Position numbers and translations under genes: made by a program
The notes under the pieces: generated by a model
Database searches by the model: none
What the model was told of the DNA's origin: nothing
The model's input: only the letters and a program-made list of their open reading frames with translations
Assembly: GCA_964353355.1 (NCBI GenBank)
Contig: CAYGVT010000017.1
Coordinates: 24,567 to 88,566 of the forward strand
Direction of reading: 5' to 3'
DNA: 64,000 nt
Origin: an uncultured Thermoplasmata archaeon
GTDB lineage: Archaea > Thermoplasmatota > DTKX01 > GCA-020343715
Shown: positions 1-7,072 of the stretch, piece by piece
How positions within the stretch are numbered: the first letter of the stretch is position 1
How the letters are laid out: the number at the start of each line of letters is the position of its first letter

Positions 1-447
1 CTGCAGCTCATCATCGCGCTGCTCATCGTGTCGATCGCGATGGGGATCATCTTCGAAGGGCTGCGGGCGTACTCCAAGGCGCAGTCCGAGACAGCGGCCT
101 CGTCCCTCGCGCAGGACATCGAATCCGCGGCCAGGCAGGCCGCGAAGGGCGGCAACCTGACCACCCTGCTCGTGAGGGTGAACCTGGACTCCTCGCGGGT
201 GGACCGTCTGACCTACTTCCGCATAGGGGTCGGCGACAGAAAGGACGGGATCGCCTACAAGGTGGCCAACGACGATGTCGTCCAGAGGTTCGTCGGACGC
301 CCTGTCCTCAGGCTCGTCGACGGCCAGTACGCGGATGGCCCGCTCGAGCTGGGCCAAGGGCGCTCCATCCTCTACGTGAGGCACGTGCTGGACCCCCGGC
401 TCGACCCCCCCGACTTCATAGCCGTCTGGTCCGTCCCGACGGGATGA
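1..447 (+). CDS. hypothetical membrane-anchored protein, 5'-truncated at window edge (N-terminal hydrophobic helix then soluble domain; pilin-like topology)
   Basis: Open frame from nt 1 (LQLIIALLIVSIAMGIIFEG...) to stop at 445-447; G/C-rich third codon positions; convergent with minus-strand gene ending at 450. Confidence 0.4.
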   Translation: MQLIIALLIVSIAMGIIFEGLRAYSKAQSETAASSLAQDIESAARQAAKGGNLTTLLVRVNLDSSRVDRLTYFRIGVGDRKDGIAYKVANDDVVQRFVGRPVLRLVDGQYADGPLELGQGRSILYVRHVLDPRLDPPDFIAVWSVPTG

Positions 448-449
448 CC

Positions 450-1100
450 TCAGCCTGGCCAGCATGCGAGGGAGACCATGAGCCGGAGCCCGGTCCCGGG
501 GGCGTCGCCCGCGAGCGATGCCGGCACATCGTACGTGTAGGAGGACGTGTAGACCTCGCCCTTCGGGAAGGTCCCCTCCCACGTGGGACCACCGACGCCC
601 TCGGACGTGATGAGCATGAACATGCCCATCCCCTCGGAAGGGCCCACCGCGCCCCCCGGGGGCGTCGTGTCGGTGGCCGCCATCGAGTACCCGTGCTCAG
701 GGAGGACCAAGGCGTCGAGGGAGGCCTTAAGCACGGTCCCCAGCCCCGCGTCCGCGGCGGCGGGGGCCCCCTGCCTCCGGAACGCCAGCTCCAGGCCCAG
801 GAGCTCCACCACCTTCTGGTCCCTGACCTGCACGACTTGCTGCGATGGGTCCGTGACCGTGGCATTGGGTACGGTGGACTGCAGCCAGCGCGTCAGGCCC
901 AAGGAGGTGTACCGCAGCCCGTACTCGTCGTTCTGGACGGTCGACCTGGTGCCGGTCGACAGCGTCAGCACCCATGTGCCCAGTATCGCGAGCGTGACCA
1001 CGAGGACCAGGAAGATGGTGTCGATGAGGCTGGACATCGCCCCCCTGTCCGCCATCCTGACGAGCCTGGACCGCCGCATCGGCTCAGACCTCCCAGACAC
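450..1100 (-). CDS. hypothetical protein with single N-terminal TM helix (archaeal pilin-like / class III signal-peptide-like)
   Basis: 216-aa ORF; basic N-terminus followed by hydrophobic stretch SSLIDTIFLVLVVTLAILGTWVL; third codon positions almost all G/C; overlapping plus-strand ORF 583-1773 is low-complexity antisense. Confidence 0.45.
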   Translation of the reverse strand: MSGRSEPMRRSRLVRMADRGAMSSLIDTIFLVLVVTLAILGTWVLTLSTGTRSTVQNDEYGLRYTSLGLTRWLQSTVPNATVTDPSQQVVQVRDQKVVELLGLELAFRRQGAPAAADAGLGTVLKASLDALVLPEHGYSMAATDTTPPGGAVGPSEGMGMFMLITSEGVGGPTWEGTFPKGEVYTSSYTYDVPASLAGDAPGTGLRLMVSLACWPG

Positions 1101-1644
1101 GCACGGTCAGCCTGGCGGCATGGACCTCGTCTATGTCGACGAAGATGTCGACCAACCAGACGAGCGACTGCACCTCGTAGCCGATGTCCCCCGTCCCCAT
1201 GCTGAAGGTGAGGCCATCGTGGCTCGGGTAATCGGTCAGGTCCTGGATGTAAAGCTCCCACCCGAACTCGCCCTCGGTGTGAAGGCTCCGGTTGAAATCG
1301 GCGAAGAGCCCCTCGCCGTCGGTCCCCCCATCCGAACCCCCCTGCTCATAGGAGCCCCTCAGCGCGGCAAGCTTGGCACCGCTGTACAGGCCCTGCTCGC
1401 GGTACATGTCCTCGAGGAGCAGAGGGTGGTTGAGGACGGTGGTCGAGATGGACAGGCAGTCCTCGTACAGGTCCAGCCTCCTGTCGTAGTCTGCCTTGGT
1501 CTCGTACACCCCCGTGAGCGAGACCACGAAGAGGATCACGACCGTCACGACGACTGTGAATGCCAACAGCTCTCCCACTGGGCCCTCGAGCCCCGCATCG
1601 TCGCGCCTAAGACGATGGGCTGGCGCATAGGTACGGATGGCCAT
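1084..1644 (-). CDS. hypothetical protein with N-terminal TM helix (pilin-like), paralogous topology to 450-1100
   Basis: ORF 1084-1743. Internal Met at 1644 (MAIRTYAPAHRLRRDD... then LLAFTVVVTVVILFVVSLTG) is preceded on the minus strand by a TATA-like GGTAATAT element (plus-strand 1671-1678) about 30 nt upstream, so I take the start as 1644. Confidence 0.4.
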   Translation of the reverse strand: MAIRTYAPAHRLRRDDAGLEGPVGELLAFTVVVTVVILFVVSLTGVYETKADYDRRLDLYEDCLSISTTVLNHPLLLEDMYREQGLYSGAKLAALRGSYEQGGSDGGTDGEGLFADFNRSLHTEGEFGWELYIQDLTDYPSHDGLTFSMGTGDIGYEVQSLVWLVDIFVDIDEVHAARLTVRVWEV

Positions 1645-1762
1645 CCAGTGCCTCCAAGGCACTATCCAACATATTACCTTTTTGCTGGCAAGGCCCGGGC
1701 TGGCATCGCCATCCGGCTGGCCGACCTCCAGGGCCGAACACAAAGGATATTAAGCCATAGGG

Positions 1763-1777
1763 CCCTTATATAAAGGG
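1763..1777 (+). promoter_or_regulatory. archaeal TATA box (CCCTTATATAAAGGG, near-palindromic) for the 1813-12465 operon
   Basis: AT-rich TATA-like element about 40 nt upstream of ATG 1813 in an otherwise 68% GC context; similar TTTAWA motifs precede several other genes in the window. Confidence 0.5.
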
Positions 1778-1812
1778 CCTGGCGCTGCATGGCGGGGAGG
1801 GAGTGACTGACG

Positions 1813-3315
1813 ATGGAAGTGAAGGTGCACTACTTCAAACCGACGGGGGATGTCGAGACTATCGACAAGATGGAGGTGGACAGCAAAGAGACCATCCGTG
1901 ACGTCAAGGAGAAGCTCATGATGTACTACGGATTGAGCGACGACCTTGCCGACCCCTACTGTCTGGGGACCCACATGACCCCTTCGCCCCCAGATGAGAC
2001 GATTGTCGGGGACCTCAAGATCAAGTCCGGCGCCATCATGTTCCTGCGCAAGGCCTCCGTGCCCCCGCCACCGCCGCCCGCATCGGCCAAGGGCATGCTC
2101 CTCACGCTGAAGGAGGGTACCTCACGCAAGGTCCTCCTGAGCCGGGACGACGCCGTGCAGCTCGCCGTGGACCACGGGGACCTTGTGCGCCTCTCCGACC
2201 CCGTGAGCGGCATCTCGGTCGTGGGCAAGGTGGAGGTCTCGGACGGACTGACGATAGGGTCCTGCGAGATCGATCAGACCCTCGTCGACTCGATCGGCTC
2301 CTCCGAGGAGATGGAGGTGAGCGTCCAGAAGTTCGACTCGGGCAAGCTGCGCACGGTGTCCGGCATAACGTTCGGCATCAAGCCGATCGGGGGCATGTCG
2401 GACACGGACGCGGTCCTCCTCGTGAGGGAGAAGGAGGAGGCCCTGCTCAGCTTCATGGACAAGTCAATCATCGTGAAGGGCCAGAAGTTCAGGTGGGACG
2501 CGGGGGGGGTGCTGGTCTACATCCTGAACACCCAGCCGCCCCTGGGCCACGACGAGGTCGCGGTGGTATCGAACGAGATCCTCGGCGAGTACAAGTACCA
2601 GGCCTGGGGCGTGGAGCCGAACTTCGACGGCGTCCTGCTCATCGACCTCTCCTTCTCCATGAACACCGAGGACATGCCTGTCCGGAACATGGACCAGGCG
2701 ATCAAGTACCTGGGCTCAGGCTTCGAGGACAACGACACAAAGGCGTTCCTCGGCGGCTTCAAGGACGGGGGGCAGTGCCGCAGGCTCGAGGGCGCCATAC
2801 TCTCGGCCATCATGTACCTGGCGGGCAAGATCGGCCGCGGCAAGGGCGAGCGCGTGGCATTCGTGCTGTTCAGCACCGAGGCCAACTTGATAGACTTCTC
2901 GGGCTCCCCGTTCTACGACGCGACGATGAACAGGGACCTTTCGGGCATCGCCCGCAAGCTCATCACCACCACCAACACGATGGAGATGCTCGGTACCAAC
3001 ATGACCAGCGCCCTCGAGGCGGCCCTCTGGGTGTCAGAGCGCATGGGCCAGAACAAGATGAAGATGATAGTGATCCTCACGGACGGCTACCCGGACGACG
3101 AGGCGAAGGTCCGTGAGTACGTGGAGAAGGTCATCGCGCCCAAGCCGGACATCGTGGTCTTCGGGGCGGGCATCGGCCAAGAGGTCAACCAGGAGTTCAT
3201 GCACGCCATCACCACCTCCACCGGTGGCGAGTTCCTGCAGGTGAAGAGCCTGGACGAGCTCACCGAGTGGTACAGCAACCTCGCCCGGAAGCTCGAGTTC
3301 AAGGGAAGGAGGTAA
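1813..3315 (+). CDS. ubiquitin-like (beta-grasp) domain plus small beta-barrel domain plus von Willebrand factor A (vWA) domain protein
   Basis: 500 aa. N-terminal ~80 aa (MEVKVHYFKPTGDVETIDKMEVDSKETIRDVKEKL...IKSGAIMFLRKA) has a ubiquitin-like beta-beta-alpha pattern followed by a PPPPPP linker. Middle LTLKEGTSRKVLLSRDDAVQLAVDHGDLVRL resembles AbrB/Cdc48-N-type barrels. C-terminal vWA with MIDAS DLSFSMNTED, then MKMIVILTDGYPDD and VVFGAGIG. Confidence 0.8.
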   Translation: MEVKVHYFKPTGDVETIDKMEVDSKETIRDVKEKLMMYYGLSDDLADPYCLGTHMTPSPPDETIVGDLKIKSGAIMFLRKASVPPPPPPASAKGMLLTLKEGTSRKVLLSRDDAVQLAVDHGDLVRLSDPVSGISVVGKVEVSDGLTIGSCEIDQTLVDSIGSSEEMEVSVQKFDSGKLRTVSGITFGIKPIGGMSDTDAVLLVREKEEALLSFMDKSIIVKGQKFRWDAGGVLVYILNTQPPLGHDEVAVVSNEILGEYKYQAWGVEPNFDGVLLIDLSFSMNTEDMPVRNMDQAIKYLGSGFEDNDTKAFLGGFKDGGQCRRLEGAILSAIMYLAGKIGRGKGERVAFVLFSTEANLIDFSGSPFYDATMNRDLSGIARKLITTTNTMEMLGTNMTSALEAALWVSERMGQNKMKMIVILTDGYPDDEAKVREYVEKVIAPKPDIVVFGAGIGQEVNQEFMHAITTSTGGEFLQVKSLDELTEWYSNLARKLEFKGRR

Positions 3316-3319
3316 GGGG

Positions 3320-6300
3320 TTGGCATGGCGGCCCACCCCCGAGCCTGACGAAGAGAGGATGGCCCGCGAGGAGGTCCTGAGGCTCCAGACGGAGCTCAAC
3401 CGGCTGTACCTAGCCGGCCATCCAATCGCTCACTTCGAACGCAGGCTCGATGACCTGAAGGGGGAGATGCGGGGGGACAGGTTCGAGGAGTCCCTCCGAC
3501 GGGCCAGGGAGCTTCTATCGGAGCTGGATGGGTACAAGCGGGCGGTCCTCGCCTCGAGCGCCCTGCTTCTGGAGGTCCGGTCGCTGACGGCCAAGGCCAA
3601 CCTGATCGGCATCGATACCGTGCTGGCGAAGGTCGACGTGGACCGGGCGGAGGCGATGCTCCAGAAGGGAGAGCTGGAGGGTGCCATGGCCCTGGCACGG
3701 CCTCATCTGGTACGGCTCAGGCAGACCGTCTGGGAGTACGAGGTCGCGCGCGATGCGGTGCTGCTCGCCCAGCAGACCATCTCGAGGCTATGGGCGTCCG
3801 GCACCGACGTCTCGGAGCACGAGCGCACCCTCGGGAAGGCCCGCGCGGAGATGAGGAGGAGGGACTACGCCCGCGCGCTCGAGCTGGCCCATGAGGCGAG
3901 CCCGGACAGGTCTGCCGCGGAGACCGAGCGGCAGACCGCGTCGAGGCTCGCGGCAAGCCTACGCGACCTCTTGGGCGTCGCCCAGGGCAAGGGCATCGAC
4001 ACGGCCACGGCCGAGGGGGCCCTGCAGGAAGCGGAATCCCAGCTGGGGCGGGGGATGATGGGCGTCGCCATGAGGCATGCCCAAAGGGGAATAGACGAGC
4101 TGGACCCGCGCATCATGGCCTACGACCATGTGGAGGAGCTGGGCAAGAAGGCGCTCGAGGTGTACTCGACCATCGCCGCGACGGTCGGGCATGGGTCCGG
4201 CGTCGAGGCCGAGCTTGGGAGGCTCAAGCCGCTCCTCGCAGAGGGACGTGCAGAGGAGGCACGGTCACTGGCCACCGAGCTCATCGAGCGGCTCACTGCC
4301 CAGAGGGACGTCGTCGCCTCGTTCTGCGCGCTGCGCGCCCCGACCGTCAGGTACCTTGCCGAGCTCCGCGGGAGCGGGGGCGCGGACGTGGACCGGGCGG
4401 ACGAGCTCATGCGGGATGGTGAAAGGCTCTACGCCTCGTGGGACTTCAACGGCGCGTTGGAACGCCTCAAGTCGGCGAACGACGCACTGCTGGGCGCCCT
4501 CGCGACGCCCCGGGGCATGGACCGCCTGGAGCGGGCCATCGCGCGGGCCCTCGGTGAGGCCTCGAGCGAGAGCCTGCGAACCGAGCTCGCAGGCAGGCTG
4601 GAGGAGGGCCGCCTCGTCAGGGAGCGGTCCGGGCCCAAGGAGGCCTACAGGGCGCTCGAGGAGGTCCGCTCCACCCTGAGGGCGTCCGCGACCGGCGCGA
4701 GGGGCCATGCGGGCACGTCCCTGGAGGAGGGCGAATGGACCGCCGGGGGCCTGCTCGACGAGGGGGGCCAGGGCGCCCTGGGCGGCATCGGCCATGCGTC
4801 CGCGGCAGAGGAGCGGTACGAGCACGAGGCGATGCTCGAGCACGAGCAGGCGATATTGGGCGAGATAGCCAGAATGTCGGCCGACCTCCAGCAGATCGGC
4901 GCGGACCCCGGCATGCTCAAGGAGATCGGCACGGACGTCCGTGACCTCCTGCGGGCCGGCGATGCCATCGGCACCGACCTGCTGTTGATGCATGCCAGGC
5001 GGCTCGCGGCGCCCAACCGCTTCGCCTTCTCGCACGGCGTGGAGATGGAGATGGGACTGGTCTACCGCGACGGGTCCTGGGTGACGGGCGAGCGGGTCAC
5101 CCGGGTCATCTCGGACCTCGTCGAGGAGGGCGTCAAGCTGCTCCGCAGGACCATCGACGAGGGCAAGGTCCCCTCCTACGTGAGCAAGCGGATCGTCGAT
5201 GTCCGGCTGGCCCAGCCGAGCCACCCCAAGAGGGGGAAGGTGGTGGAGGTCGACTACATGGTCGGCGGGCAGCTCGTGACGATAGACGTGCTGGGGAGGG
5301 ACGCGCATGGGTCCGGCACGACGTACATACTGGAGCTCGTGTCCCCGCCGTGCGTGTACGTGGAGGAGCTCCTGTGGTGGCTCCACACGCTCCAGCGCAT
5401 CTCATGCGCCATCTTGGGCGTGAGGCACCCTGACGTCCTCCCCATCTCCGTGGGACTGAACCCTGCCCAGCCCTATTCCGAGTGCATCTCGTTCGGGGAC
5501 CATCACCACATCAAGCTCCCCGACGAGGCGTCGCGCAGGGCCGCCTTCAACATGCTGCGCGCCCATGTGCCGCACCTCATCGCCCTCACCGTGAACTCCC
5601 CGATATACAAAGGCGACGTCCCCGCCATCAGGTGGGACGGTTCGCATCCCATCCAGCTCGGCTCGAGGACGGACCCCCTGTCACTGAGGCTCAGGGAGAA
5701 CATAGGGCAGCTGGGCCCGATCGGGGGCGCCTACATCCCATACCTGCGGGAGGGCGATGGCCAGGACCACTTCACGAGTGCCGTGAGGAAGGCATCGGCG
5801 GCCGACGCCCGGCTCGTGGACATCTACCCCTTCACCCGGTTCGGGACCATCGAGATCAGGTTCTTCGACGCCCAGCTCTCGGTCGTCGACAGGGTCGCCC
5901 TCGCGGTCATCATCCAGTCGCTGTGCGCCTGGGCGGTGCGTCAGATGCGTGAGGGGGGGGAGGGCCCCGAGGTCGACCCCCAGGTCCTGCTCGAGAACAG
6001 GGACAGGGCCATCCAGAAGGGGATGCTGCTGGGGTTCAAGAAGGACAAGACGCTCGCGACGGCGCACCCTGGCTTCGCGAGGCTCTACCAGTCGGAGGGG
6101 GAGGGCGGTGCAAGGAGCGTCCAACGCATACACGACGCGGTCAAGAGGATGTTGGAGAACATCCGCCCCGAGATGGAATCCATCGTCCCCCCCGGTGGCC
6201 TGGGCGGCAGCCTCGACACATACTTGGTCATGGTCCATGGCGGGGACAAGCGCGTGATCCCGCCGCCCATCACGCCCAGCCAATTCCTGGTGTACAAAAC

Positions 6301-7072
6301 GATGATGATGAACAACGACGTCCCCGCGCTGGTGAGGTACATCAGCTCGATCGTCCAGAAGTGCGGGAGGAACTCCAGGTACAACCCCATCGTGGAGGCG
6401 CTGGGGGCGCCAGACCTCTGGTCCTCGGAGGTGCGGCCATCCCAGGCCCCTGGCCAGGGAGGGTTGGGGGTCATGGGAGCCGGCGGACCGGGCGGTACGG
6501 ATGGCGGGGGGGCCGTCCCGACGACGACCGGCGCCTCGCCATCCGGGCCCGACGCGGCATGGTCGCCCAAGGCAGGGGCGGATGGCGACGCCCAACTGCC
6601 CCCGAAGGCACGAGGGACCGCCATCCATCTGGCAGGAGCCCCGTCGCCCGCCGGGCCACCTGCGGGGGCCACGACGGAGACCCCTCCCGAGGTCCAGATG
6701 GCAGGCGCACCCCTCCCTCCCCATGCTGGCCTCTCGACGGATGCACCGGGTCGCAGGGATGGTGGAACGGAACACGGGGGCGGGATGGCAGGGCAGCCCG
6801 TCATGGTCGGCGGAGCCATCGTGGCCCAGGTGGAGGACATACCGGTCCCCACCGACGCGCGCGCGGGGAGCGCGGAACACCCCCTGAGCTGCGGCTCGTG
6901 TCATCACGAGGTCGAGCCAGGCTTCCTCTTCTGCCCTCGCTGCGGGTCGCAACTGACCCCATCGTGCCCCTCATGCGGGAACGCGGCGACGCAATCGGGG
7001 CTCTTCTGCCAGCACTGCGGCCATCCCTTGGGACAGGGGACCACCGTCCAGGCCAGGGGTGAGCAGCGTTGA
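3320..7072 (+). CDS. large multidomain protein: N-terminal alpha-helical/coiled-coil region (~550 aa), GCS2/YbdK-type carboxylate-amine ligase domain, Gly/Pro/Ala-rich linker, C-terminal double zinc ribbon
   Basis: 1250 aa. Residues ~560-950 match YbdK/GCS2 motifs: FSHGVEMEMGLV (vs YbdK LGIELEMQVV), GDHHHIKLPD (vs HVHVGC), HLIALTVNSPIY (vs HFIALSAASPYM), FTRFGTIEIRFFDAQ (vs HFGTVEVRVMDT). C-terminus CGSCHH...FCPRCG...CPSCGN...FCQHCG is a DZR-type zinc ribbon. 4-nt gap to upstream gene. Confidence 0.85.
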   Translation: MAWRPTPEPDEERMAREEVLRLQTELNRLYLAGHPIAHFERRLDDLKGEMRGDRFEESLRRARELLSELDGYKRAVLASSALLLEVRSLTAKANLIGIDTVLAKVDVDRAEAMLQKGELEGAMALARPHLVRLRQTVWEYEVARDAVLLAQQTISRLWASGTDVSEHERTLGKARAEMRRRDYARALELAHEASPDRSAAETERQTASRLAASLRDLLGVAQGKGIDTATAEGALQEAESQLGRGMMGVAMRHAQRGIDELDPRIMAYDHVEELGKKALEVYSTIAATVGHGSGVEAELGRLKPLLAEGRAEEARSLATELIERLTAQRDVVASFCALRAPTVRYLAELRGSGGADVDRADELMRDGERLYASWDFNGALERLKSANDALLGALATPRGMDRLERAIARALGEASSESLRTELAGRLEEGRLVRERSGPKEAYRALEEVRSTLRASATGARGHAGTSLEEGEWTAGGLLDEGGQGALGGIGHASAAEERYEHEAMLEHEQAILGEIARMSADLQQIGADPGMLKEIGTDVRDLLRAGDAIGTDLLLMHARRLAAPNRFAFSHGVEMEMGLVYRDGSWVTGERVTRVISDLVEEGVKLLRRTIDEGKVPSYVSKRIVDVRLAQPSHPKRGKVVEVDYMVGGQLVTIDVLGRDAHGSGTTYILELVSPPCVYVEELLWWLHTLQRISCAILGVRHPDVLPISVGLNPAQPYSECISFGDHHHIKLPDEASRRAAFNMLRAHVPHLIALTVNSPIYKGDVPAIRWDGSHPIQLGSRTDPLSLRLRENIGQLGPIGGAYIPYLREGDGQDHFTSAVRKASAADARLVDIYPFTRFGTIEIRFFDAQLSVVDRVALAVIIQSLCAWAVRQMREGGEGPEVDPQVLLENRDRAIQKGMLLGFKKDKTLATAHPGFARLYQSEGEGGARSVQRIHDAVKRMLENIRPEMESIVPPGGLGGSLDTYLVMVHGGDKRVIPPPITPSQFLVYKTMMMNNDVPALVRYISSIVQKCGRNSRYNPIVEALGAPDLWSSEVRPSQAPGQGGLGVMGAGGPGGTDGGGAVPTTTGASPSGPDAAWSPKAGADGDAQLPPKARGTAIHLAGAPSPAGPPAGATTETPPEVQMAGAPLPPHAGLSTDAPGRRDGGTEHGGGMAGQPVMVGGAIVAQVEDIPVPTDARAGSAEHPLSCGSCHHEVEPGFLFCPRCGSQLTPSCPSCGNAATQSGLFCQHCGHPLGQGTTVQARGEQR

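Noticed and set aside
583-1773. 396-aa plus-strand ORF
   Set aside because: Ser/Thr/Pro/Arg-rich low-complexity translation, antisense to two minus-strand ORFs that have clean TM helices and G/C-rich third positions; typical high-GC antisense artefact
4265-6952. Long minus-strand ORFs (4265-5386, 5681-6952) inside the GCS2-ligase gene
   Set aside because: Arg/Pro/Gly-rich antisense frames overlapping a gene with clear family motifs on the plus strand
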